Shown here piece after piece: positions 1 to 9,800 of a stretch of 64,000 nt of DNA. The DNA comes from Gordius albopunctatus (lineage: Eukaryota): the NCBI GenBank assembly GCA_964276515.1, contig OZ193909.1, forward strand, positions 9,362,001 through 9,426,000, written 5' to 3'. Below the pieces are notes generated by a model. That model had not been told where the DNA came from. It saw only the letters and a program-made list of their open reading frames with translations, and searched no databases. How positions within the stretch are numbered: position 1 is the first letter of the stretch; every line of letters begins with the position of its first letter. The translations under genes and the position numbers were made by a program.

Positions 1-406
1 GATGGTGCATTCTTAAATTTTATAACTTTGTCGATTTGTCCTCACGTGACACTAGATTGTGCTCTTCTTTTCCGGTACCTCCATGTCCTGTATTTTTCTA
101 ATTACCGTTAATCATGTCCGCCATAGATTGTATACACATTTTCGTCATTAGAAAGTGATTTGTCATATGGTCAAGCTTAGTGTACACAAAGCTCTACCGT
201 ATTATTAATGGCCATGTTTTAATTCCATAGAGTAACACCGCTCTAACTATAATTTTGTAAACTTTGCACTTGAACCATATTGGCATTCTCTTGTCGCACA
301 TTACACCGTTTTTTGATCTTAGACATTTAAATCATATCCAGCTAAGCGCTTTGGCCACTTTTCGGCTTTTTAGAATACTTTCTCCTTTTCTTCGCGTATT
401 AATAAA

Positions 407-910
407 TCATCGGCATATAGCATACACCACGGCGATGGCTTTTAAATGTTTCGTTATCGCGTCCATAATTATATTAAATGAAAAGGGACTTAAAGCAGAT
501 CCTTGATGTAATAAAATTTCAATCCGTAAAGGTTTTGAGTCTCCAACTGTCGTCCTAACGCAAGAGTTTGAGGCTTCATAAATATTTTTCATAAGCCTTA
601 TATATGCATCAGGGATATTTTGTTTTCTCAAGCACCACCATATTAAATCGCGAGGGATCGTGTCATAAGCTTTCTCCAAGTCGATAAAGACCATATGTAG
701 GTCTCTTATCTTTTCACCATATTTATCTATCATTTGTCTTAGTGCGAAGAATAAATTGTTATGGATTTGCGCCCATATTTGCACCTCGTTTTTCAGCCTT
801 GTTACTAAGATCCTTCCATAAGCTTCAAGACATGGCAAGTTAGCATGATTCCTCTGTAAATCCCACTCCTGAGGGTCTCCTTTGACCTTAAATAGGGTAA
901 AATCGTGCAT
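407..910 (-). pseudogene. Reverse transcriptase domain fragment of the RTE-like LINE
   Basis: ORF track contains FIDLEKAYD and QGSALSP. The frame is lost just before YADD, which is present in another frame (gctatatgccgatgat on the minus strand). Confidence 0.9.
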
Positions 911-1689
911 GTTGTCATTGATTAGGAATTGGCTCTTCTACCAATATTTTATTAAGGAGATTCGTCATGATGGCGACTCCTTCTTCACGGCATCCGACCA
1001 ATGCTTCCATAGGTATTCCATCTGGACATTATCTTTTCCTTTTTACATCTTTATCATTTTTGTCCTAACTTCATCCTTCTGAAAGAATTCGACTATACTT
1101 ATGTTTGGGTCAATATCTGAAGGAGAATCTTTGTCATTTGCAATATTTATAGGTTTCTTGAAATATTCTTTCCATCACTTCCTTCGGCGGTTTGACCCTT
1201 CTTGTTTTGACTATTTTAAGAACTCCGACATCGCGAATTTTCTTCTCCCTTATCTTGGCCAATTCGTAAATAAGCCTGTCACCCCCTTTATGGTCAAGTT
1301 TATTTTCCATCTCGGTTTACGCGGCATTCTTCGCTACCTTTTTGCGGCTCTTTTTGCCTCCCTATACTCTTAAGAATCCTTTGAATTTTTTGATTTATGC
1401 CACCGTCTATATAGATTTTTCTTTCGGTGAAATCTCTAACCGATTGATCCCACCACCATAGTTTTCTATTCAAAGCCTTGCCTCCTTAGGTCTGTCATAG
1501 AACTATAATGGCTATTTCCTTTGTCGTTAGTTAGCGTCTCCCAATCGTCGCCTGCGTCCCTTTACAACTTCCTTGCACCCAAGACAAGAGTGAGGAGGCT
1601 TTTTGATGGTATTTTTCGTTCGTCGACGTATCCAGCCTTTCATATGGAATTCGAGGTTTTTATCTTCTTTCGGGGAATACTTTTCTGTC

Positions 1690-2381
1690 AATATCCATAA
1701 CAAGGGGACGATATTGCCTAGCGATTTCTTCTACCGGTATTACTTTACAATTCTTGATACTCCATAAGTTCTTTCGCCGTATGAGCAGATAGTCAATTTG
1801 ACTGAAATACTTCCCACTTCTATGAGCCACAATATGATCTTCGCGTTTTTAAAAATAGGTGTTAACGAACGCTATGTCATATGTTTGGGATACTTGGAGA
1901 TATCCCCTTTTTGTTCTTCAGACCATGCCCATAGCCCCCATGATTGTGTTCATACCCGAGGCGATCTTTCCCTACGTGAGCGTTGAAATACGCTACAATA
2001 ATTAGCCTTTCTTCCTGCCCTATTCCCTCTATTTCCTTTTCCAATGAATCGAAGAATAGGTCTTTCTCTGTTTCCATACACCCTATTTAAGGAGCAAATG
2101 CGCACCGATGCCCCATTGATCTTCAATCTTCACCCACCTTAGCCTGTCTGAACAAGCTTGACTTCCACCAATTTGTCCTTGATCGATTCGCTTAGAACGA
2201 TATCGACGCCATTTCTGCGACTTGGGGACCCACTGTTATCCTTCTCCTAACTCCTGAGCTTTGGTTCCGATCCACCTCGTCTCTTGTAGGGAGGCGATGT
2301 GTATATTTTTCTTTTTAGCATTTGTGCGATCTAGATGCTCTTTCCCATCAACGTTACAACATTCTAATATGTTATTCGCAT
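1690..2381 (-). pseudogene. Apurinic/apyrimidinic-type endonuclease domain fragment of the RTE-like LINE
   Basis: Remnants of the W-N-V, LQET, GDFNAHVG, QIDY and QHR motifs lie in collinear order with in-frame stops and frameshifts. Confidence 0.85.
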
Positions 2382-2699
2382 TCCTTACACAACTGCCTTA
2401 GTTATGAGCTGGCAGTAACCCTAGTGTGTTTTTCACACTGCACGTGCGGGGTATGCACATGCAGTGCGCGTCATTTGTAGAGAACGGCCTAGCTTTCTGT
2501 TGTAAAATTTTGTTTGAAACTATTATGATTTTGGAGTTTGTTTATTTTTGATTAATTTTATTTTAGAAAGTGTAATTATTGTTGCATGGGGGAATAAAGG
2601 CAATGGCATGCATCGGGCTTCTATAAAAATTTATATAATAAGTTTACAATATGATAGCTATTAGAAATCTTTCTCAGAATTGATGATTTTAGGAAAAAA

Positions 2700-3220
2700 A
2701 TTCTCAATACAAAAACCCTCAAAAATTAAAAAAAATATATGTTTTGCCCCCCCCCCCCCATTTGAACTTAACTCAAATTAATACAGATGCTTATTAGATA
2801 TTTCCACATAAATTTAAATTATTTCGGTAAAATTAAATTTAAATTTGAGATTAGATTACTAGTTGCGATTGTGTTTGTGTAGTCATCATTTATTTCCTAT
2901 TCCTAAAATTAATACATACATAAAAATTTAAATTTCCCTAACAAACCTTTTTTTACACTCAAAACAGTTTATTATTTTTTTCATACTCAAAACATTTTTG
3001 CCCCCCCCCCCCTCCCCAAAAAAATCTTAATCCTGTCTAGCTCATGCCCTGTACTTGTTCTCCTTTTTTTTGCTCTCAGGAGATAGTCGAGACCTTTTTT
3101 TTAATCTGCCCCCCCCCCCCCTAATAAAAAAATTGCTTGAAGGGCCAGGGGGCCAAAGATTTTTCCCTTGGGGGGGCATGGGGCCAGGTTTTCTCTCTTG
3201 GGTGGGCATGGGCCTTGGAC
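2700..3220. repeat. Patch with poly-C tracts and G-run repeats, probably a relic of a non-autonomous DNA transposon
   Basis: Poly-C runs at ~2747-2759, ~3001-3017 and ~3109-3121. Two imperfect ~33-bp copies (ttttcccttgggggggcatggggccagg / ttttctctcttgggtgggcatgggccttgg) at ~3160-3218. No termini were identified. Confidence 0.35.
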
Positions 3221-3525
3221 GCTCTTTAACTATTTGTTTAAAAAATTTTGCATAATAAACACTTATCAATTATATTTGATATATTCTTAATCTATTGAAA
3301 TTTATCTATAAGATAATATATATTCTGCTAATACATCGGGTAAATAGCAAACAATGTTTGCCGAGTTCATCTAGTAATTATATAAGTATACCTATTAACT
3401 ATGATTTATAGGCTTAGCTGGTATCATTTTTTAACCTCATTAATGAACTTATTTCAAAATTAATTATAAAAAAATTATTAGGGTTTACAAAAAATAAATA
3501 TTAAAATTAAACCTAAATTATTGAC

Positions 3526-3705
3526 CTTGAGGTGACGCCAAATATTTGCGGTAGAAGATATAGAAGTTGATATATGTTTTATTTTTGGAGAGCATAATTT
3601 GCATCCAAGAGTTATTGATTTTGCATCCTTTTGAATAAGCATAAAAATATTCTCAGATAAAGGCCAGGGTATATTTTCAGGTTTAATTATGGTAATGTTA
3701 CTCAT
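3526..3705 (-). pseudogene. BED zinc-finger exon (N-terminus of a hAT-like transposase)
   Basis: MSNITIIKPENIPWPLSENIFMLIQKDAKSITLGCKLCSPKIKHISTSISSTANIWRHLK shows the W..F..CxxC..S.TxNxxRHL pattern. Similarity ends at a plausible donor AAG|GT (GT at 3525-3524). No catalytic domain was recognised downstream. Confidence 0.7.
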
Positions 3706-4036
3706 ATCTAAAATCAAAAGATTATATATTTAATAATTATAAACTTATTATTACTAGGAATATGATAAAAATTAAAAACGAATTAAAGGAAATGAACTTT
3801 ATATAAATTACCATAAATCAAAAATTTATTTAACAAACACTACCGTGAATAAAATACTAAATAATATTTAAATTATAAAATAATTTAAAATTTTTTAATG
3901 CAAATAAAATTGGCAAAAGGAACTTGAAAGTAGTTCCTTTTGCAATAAATTGAGAAAAAAATGAACTAATTCCAGTTCCAGTTCCTCATTTTAAAAAGGA
4001 ACTAGTTACAAGGAACTAATTCCTTTAACAGCTCTA
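3526..4036 (-). mobile_element. 5' portion of a probable hAT-superfamily DNA transposon (terminus, subterminal repeats, BED-finger exon)
   Basis: The minus strand starts TAGAGCTGTTAAAGGAATTAGTTCC at 4036, a TAGRG/CAGRG-type hAT end. Several GGAACT/AGTTCC subterminal motifs occur in both orientations at ~3918-4023, followed by a BED-type zinc-finger coding segment. The other terminus was not found. Confidence 0.6.
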
Positions 4037-4037
4037 A

Positions 4038-4303
4038 GGGCTTGTCTTAATATCGGATTCAGATTCAAATGGCGCGAATTCATCTTTATCAAATATACGA
4101 TTCAATTTCATGTGTCAGACTCGGTATTTTGTTTTTTGATAGTTAAATCCCTTTTTTATTTCTTTCAACTCTTGAGATTAATCGCTCTTATATTATGCGT
4201 CCGAAATGAAAATCTGCTGTGAATTCCAAGTTTAGACACGGCTATGTTATAACCCGTATGACGATTTTTGCTGCGCAGCAAAATACGATATTAAGAAAAG
4301 CCC
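4038..4303. mobile_element. 266-bp MITE, PIF/Harbinger (Tourist-like) type
   Basis: Left TIR GGGCTTGTCTTAATATCG (4038-4055) and right TIR CGATATTAAGAAAAGCCC (4286-4303) match at 17/18 positions. Both are flanked by TAA (4035-4037 and 4304-4306), the 3-bp TWA target duplication typical of PIF/Harbinger. Confidence 0.85.
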
Positions 4304-4651
4304 TAATAAGGAACAACCAATATCATTTTAAAAATGTTCCTAACAATTTAAATTTATGTTCAAGATAAATGTCAATATTTGCAAGCTTCTTAAAGGGCCA
4401 TAGATGTCTAGTCTATGATTATACCTAACATTTTGCAATTTTTTTATTGGTCTAAAACTCAATGATGTATTATATAAAAACTTCTTGTCTTAACATATTA
4501 GATGTTACCTATTAAAGATATTCTTTTTGACATTTTTATTTAAATATATTTATTACGGTGTTGTTTTAAAGTGTTTTGATATTTGTTTGATCTACTATCG
4601 GATAAACTATAATTTTTATGTTGTATGTTTAAAAACTTTATTTTTCGCTAG

Positions 4652-5217
4652 CTATTATGAATTTGGATAATATCCTTTTGTATGGAAAACATATCCATGT
4701 TTCACTCTCAAAATATCAGACCATCCAAATTCCAAAAGATAATCAAACGGTATAAAAAATATATTAATAGAGACAATTTATTTAGGTTCCGTTGTCAAAA
4801 GAATACATTAACTCCCCACTTCATAGATTTAAAAAATTGGGATCGAAAAACTATAGTAATATAGTTCGACCTTCCGCAATATTACATTTGTCAAACATCC
4901 CGTAAATTAACTTTATAAATTTCACAGTTTATTTAGAGCGGAAATCTATGAAGCAGACATAATGAAAATATTTCAAACTGCAAATTACGTCGTTCAAAAA
5001 TTCAAATTTTTTCAGTATATTTAAATATTGTTCTTTTATAATGCCTTATAGGAGTGCCAAGAGAATGGCTTTGGTTGAATTAGCGAATGTTGAAGCAGCT
5101 GTATCGGCTTTAATAGTATGTTAATTTGTTATGTAACCTTACTTTTAGGCTTTACATAATTTCCCTCTAAACGACACTCATAATATGCGAGTTTCGTTTT
5201 CCAAATCAACGTTATAA
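4652..5217 (+). CDS. PTBP1: Polypyrimidine tract-binding protein (PTB/PTBP1/hephaestus family), 3' part: end of RRM3, linker and RRM4. Exons 4652-4749, 4786-4901, 4937-5014, 5052-5115, 5149-5217; 5'-partial
   Basis: Manual splicing at GT-AG sites keeps one open frame: (A)[140 protein letters not shown]. This matches the PTB signatures [32 protein letters not shown] and LHN...[14 protein letters not shown]. The symbol denotes the family, not one-to-one orthology. Confidence 0.95.
4750..5148 (+). other. Four spliceosomal micro-introns: 4750-4785 (36 nt), 4902-4936 (35 nt), 5015-5051 (37 nt), 5116-5148 (33 nt)
   Basis: All start GTA and end TAG. Removing them restores collinearity with PTB. The two whose lengths are multiples of 3 carry in-frame TAA stops. 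Confidence 0.9.
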
Positions 5218-5526
5218 TGCAATGATACTCATTAATATGCAATTATACAGCACAACTACCTCATGTTAAAGTTTTTGCAACTACGTTTATAGAATTTTAG
5301 ATTGATACTTATATTAACTAGATTTTAACATATTTTATGAAATTTATAATTTAAATGCACATTGTTATAAAAACAGGTAATATATTTTTAATTTTTTTCC
5401 CAAAATACTCTACTATGCAACTATTTAATTTTAACGGCGATTCCTTTATTATAAAACAACCTAAAATTTATTGCTGTAATAACGAAGAAATTGCAAAATT
5501 ATAAAGATTATATTGTACAACATTTA

Positions 5527-5532
5527 AATAAA
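5527..5532 (+). terminator. Candidate polyadenylation signal of the PTB gene
   Basis: AATAAA ~310 nt after the stop codon, followed by a T/GT-rich stretch (ctttgttattgtat). Weak evidence because the region is very AT-rich. Confidence 0.3.
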
Positions 5533-5899
5533 AAGAACCTTTGTTATTGTATATTAATGAATATATATGAACTTATTAATTTAAAAAGGAATTTCTGTCA
5601 TTATTTGGCAGAATTTTTATAGAATTATAAAAAAAGTGATCAAACCGACAAAAATATATAGTGATATCATATAAGCAATAATTTATTAGGTAAAAAGAAA
5701 AGCTATTTTTCAATTGTGCTTTATATTTTAAAGTTGAAAGCTGTTGAACAAAAGCGTCAGAAGCAGGCGGACCATATACTAGTGTGTATGAAACACGGAG
5801 ATGCCCGTTATAAGTTTTTTAAAATAGTCTATAGTTTTGTTTTTGTGTTATTTTTTTGTTGTAGTTTTATTGTATATTATTTATTAATCCTAATTCTTA

Positions 5900-6851
5900 T
5901 CAAAAATAGTGATGACATAAATTTAAAATTGTTCAAAAATATATCTAAATTATTGCTAATTTTTGACCTCTAATTTTAACTTTCATGAAATTAGACTTCT
6001 GATATTGAAAATTTTAATAAAGGAAATAGCGAAAACCTTCAATCAGAGAAAATAAAGTTTTTGTGTTGCGTTTAGTTATCTCTGGAATCCAAAACTTTTA
6101 TAGGGGAATATGGTAGAAAAAATTTAAGGTCAAAAAAATGTTTTTTTTATATTTTAGGTGAAGTAGTTTGAAAAATAACTCGTATGAATTATAACAAATT
6201 TTCAAGTAGCGAGAACTCTGGATTCAATAAAATAGAGAGTTTTTTGTTGTGATTCGTTTGTTTCGTATAGCTTTTTATAAGAGTATGGGCTGAATTGGTA
6301 AAGTATGCTGTAAACGATCGTGATTTATGAGAAATACTTTTTTGATTCTGATAACTTTTAACATTTTGTCATTGAATCACGTCAAAAATGATGTGGGAAA
6401 TTTTTTTTGTTATTTTATGTGAAGGAGCTTGAAAAAATATCTAAAAGTTAGCAAAATTGATAAACATGATTTATGCTAACGTGATTTCAAAGTAATAATT
6501 TTCTGATTCTGATAAAATTTAAGTTATAACATGGAATCCACGTCTCAAATTGATAACCTTCGTGGAGGAAGATTATGGTTGAAAGAAAAAAATTTGAAAA
6601 ATGGAGAGGTCAAAAAAGATTTATTTTATGTGAAGGAGCTTGGAAAAATATCTAAAAGTTGACAAATTTGACATTTATAATATCCTCAATTGTGTCGCGA
6701 TAAGAAATTTTAAGCAACGAGAACTTTTGATTTGAGAAAAGAGAATGTTTTATTGTTTCTAGTTTGTTTGGTATTGCATTTTAAACGTCTGAACTTAATT
6801 TTAAAAACATAATAGTCATTTCAAAGTAATAATTTTCTGATTCTGAAAAAT
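5900..6851 (+). repeat. Degenerate and rearranged satellite-related monomers (array edge)
   Basis: Collinear diverged matches to the monomer: tttttgtgttgcgtttag (~6058), gtgatttcaaagtaataattttctga (~6481 and ~6816), tatggttgaaagaaaaaatttgaaaaatggagaggtcaaaaaag (~6574-6618), cgataagaaatttt (~6697). The stretch ~6481-6815 is a near full-length ~335-bp diverged unit. Confidence 0.75.
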
Positions 6852-9800
6852 TTAGCATTATGTCCTTGATAAAATCCCGATATGAATTTTTGCACGGTGG
6901 ACTTTTAGATTGAGAGAAACTAAACATTTCGTGTTGCGTTTAGATTGTTTCAAAATCGCTTTCTAATCGCGTCTCTAGTTTTTGTGAAACAAGCTCTATG
7001 TGATCGTGATTTAAAGTTAATAATTTTTGAGGACGGATCAAAAATTATTTTTAACGAATTCACCTCTGACATCGAAAACTTTCACGAGGGCTATATGCTT
7101 TAACCAAAAAAATTGACAAAAATTTTGAGGTCGAAAAAAATATTTATTTTCATATTATTTGGAAAGGGGGCTGAAAAAATCTTTAAAAGTCAGTAAATAT
7201 TCTTAGCATTATGTCCTTGTTAAAATCCTGATAAGAATTTTTGCAAGGGGGGAAATTTTAGATTTAGAGAAACTAAACTTTTCGTGTTGCGTTTAGATTC
7301 TTTCAAGATCGCTTTCAAATCGCGTCTCTAGTTTTTGTGAAACAAGCTCTATGTGATTATGATTCAAAGTTAATAATTTTTGAGGACTGATCAAAATTTT
7401 TTTTAACGAATTCACCTCTGATATCGAAAACTTTCATGAGGGCTATATGCTTTAACAAAAAAAAATTGACAAAAATTTAGAGGTCGAAAAAATATATTTA
7501 TTTTCATATTATTTGTAAAGGAAGCTGAAAAAATCTTTAAAAGTCAGTAAATATTCTTAGCATTGTGTCCTTGTTAAAATCTCGATAAGAATTTTTACAC
7601 GGGGGGAAGTTTTAGATTGAGAGAAATTAAACTTTTCGTGTTGCGTTTAGATTGTTTCAAGATCGCTTTCTAATTTCGTCTATAGTTTTTATGAAACAAG
7701 CTCTATGTGATTATGATTCAAAGTTAATAATTTTTGAGGACTGATCAAAAATTTTTTTTAACGAAATTACCTCTGACATCGAAAACTTTCACGAGGGCTA
7801 TATGCTTTAACAAAAAAAAATTGACAAAAATTTTGAGGTCGAAAAAAATATTTATTTTCATCTTATTTGGAAAGGGGGCTGAAAAAATCGTTTAAAGTCA
7901 GTAAATATTCTTAGCATTATGTCCTTGTTAAAATCCCGATAAGAATTTTTACAAGGGGGGAAGTTTTAGATTGAAAGAAATTAAACTTTTTATGTTGCGT
8001 TTAGATTGTTTCAAAATCGCTTTCTAATCGCGTCTCTAGTTTTTGTGAAACAAGCTCTATGTGATCGTGATTCAAAGTTAATAATTTTTGAGGACTGATC
8101 AAAAATTTTTTTTAACGAATTTACCTCTGATATCGAAAACTTTCATGAGGGCTATATGGTTGAACAAAAAATTTAAAGAATTTTGAGGTCGAAAAAAATA
8201 TTTATTTTCATATTCTTTCGAAAGGGGGCGGAAGAAATATTTAAAAGATAGTAAATATTCTTAGCATTATGTCCTTGTTAAAATCCCGATAAGAATTTTT
8301 GCACGGGTGGAGTTTTAGATTGAGATAAACTAAACTTTTCGTGTTGCGTTTAGATTGTTTCAAAATCGCTTTCTAATCGCGTCTCTAGTTTTTATGAAAC
8401 AAGCTCTATGTGATTATGATTAAAAGTTAATAATTTTTGAGGACTGATCAAAAATTATTTTTAACGAATTCACCTCTGACATCGAAAACTTTCACGAGGG
8501 CTATATGCTTTAACAAAAAAAATTGACAAAAATTTTGAGGTCGAAAAAAATATTTATTTTCATATTCTTTCGAAAGGGGGCTGAAGAATTATTTAAAAGT
8601 CAGTAAATATTCTTAGCATTATGTCCTTGTTAAAATCCCGATAAGAATTTTTGCACGGGGGGAAGTTTTAGATTGAGAGAAACTAAACTTTTTATGTTGC
8701 GTTTAGATTGTTTCAAAATCGCTTTCTAATCGCGTCTCTAGTTTTTGTGAAACAAGCTCTATGTGATCGTGATTCAAAGTTAATAATTTTTGAGGACTGA
8801 TCAAAAATTTTTTTTAACGAATTTACCTCTGATATCGAAAACTTTCATGAGGGCTATATGGTTGAACAAAAAATTTAAAGAATTTTGAGGTCGAAAAAAA
8901 TATTTATTTTCATATTCTTTCGAAAGGGGGCGGAAGAAATATTTAAAAGATAGTAAATATTCTTAGCATTATGTCCTTGTTAAAATCCCGATAAGAATTT
9001 TTGCACGGGTGGAGTTTTAGATTGAGATAAACTAAACTTTTCGTGTTGCGTTTAGATTGTTTCAAAATCGCTTTCTAATCGCATCTCTAGTTTTTATGAA
9101 ACAAGCTCTATGTGATTATGATTAAAAGTTAATAATTTTTGAGGACTGATCAAAAATTATTTTTAACGAATTCACCTCTGACATCGAAAACTTTCACGAG
9201 GGCTATATGCTTTAACAAAAAAAATTGACAAAAATTTTGAGGTCGAAAAAAATATTTATTTTCATATTCTTTCGAAAGGGGGCTGAAGAATTATTTAAAA
9301 GTCAGTAAATATTCTTAGCATTATGTCCTTGTTAAAATCCCGATAAGAAATTTTGCACGGGGGGAAGTTTTAGATTGAGAGAAACTAAACTTTTTATGTT
9401 GCGTTTAGATTGTTTCAAAATCGCTTTCTAATCGCGTCTCTAGTTTTTGTGAAACAAGCTCTATGTGATCGTGATTCAAAGTTAATAATTTTTGAGGACT
9501 GATCAAAAATTTTTTTTAACGAATTTACCTCTGATATCGAAAACTTTCATGAGGGCTATATGGTTGAACAAAAAATTTAAAGGATTTTGAGGTCGAAAAA
9601 AATATTTATTTTCATATTCTTTCGAAAGGGGGCGGAAGAAATATTTAAAAGATAGTAAATATTCTTAGCATTATGTCCTTGTTAAAATCCCGATAAGAAT
9701 TTTTGCACGGGTGGAGTTTTAGATTGAGATAAACTAAACTTTTCGTGTTGCGTTTAGATTGTTTCAAAATCGCTTTCTAATCGCGTCTCTAGTTTTTATG

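Larger units (their letters stand above)
30..2500 (-). mobile_element. Degenerate non-LTR retrotransposon (LINE, RTE-like clade), single APE-endonuclease + reverse transcriptase ORF broken by stops, frameshifts and internal deletions
   Basis: Minus-strand translations give the motifs in the expected order. Endonuclease: MRITY*NVVTLMGK (~2381), IASLQETRW (~2290), IIVAYFNAHVG (GDFNAHVG motif, ORF 1877-2077), SQIDYLL (~1800), QYRPLVMDI (~1700). RT: MVFIDLEKAYD and LHQGSALSPFSFNIIMD (ORF 407-910), with LYADD in a shifted frame (~408-422). RTE-type C-terminus: CDKRMPIWFKCKVYKIIVRAVLLYGIKTWP (~210-300). Element ends are approximate. Confidence 0.9.

Noticed and set aside
407..910. RT as part of a retron, DGR or telomerase-like system generating the repeats
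   Set aside because: The motifs and linked APE endonuclease identify an ordinary decayed RTE-like LINE, with no visible sequence link to the satellite.
264..1986. Plus-strand ORFs 264-506, 882-1082, 1101-1373 and 1798-1986
   Set aside because: They are antisense shadows of the LINE with no recognisable domains.
3042..3269. Overlapping Pro/Gly-rich ORFs on both strands, and also ORF 5716-5973
   Set aside because: They arise from G/C runs or T-rich low-complexity sequence, use non-ATG starts, and show no recognisable homology.
4551..4651. Possible upstream PTB exon (YYGVVLKC...) with a 29-nt intron at 4623-4651
   Set aside because: The resemblance to RRM3 (YGDVQRVKIL) is weak, and the splice phase would put the next exon out of frame.
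4682..4864. 60-aa ORF from the track
   Set aside because: It is the wrong frame across PTB exons and an intron, and the spliced model replaces it.
7202..7555. Monomer as an ancient dimer of ~176 bp
   Set aside because: Short internal echoes (aatttttgag / aattttgagg) are not spaced at half-monomer distance, and no halves align by eye.
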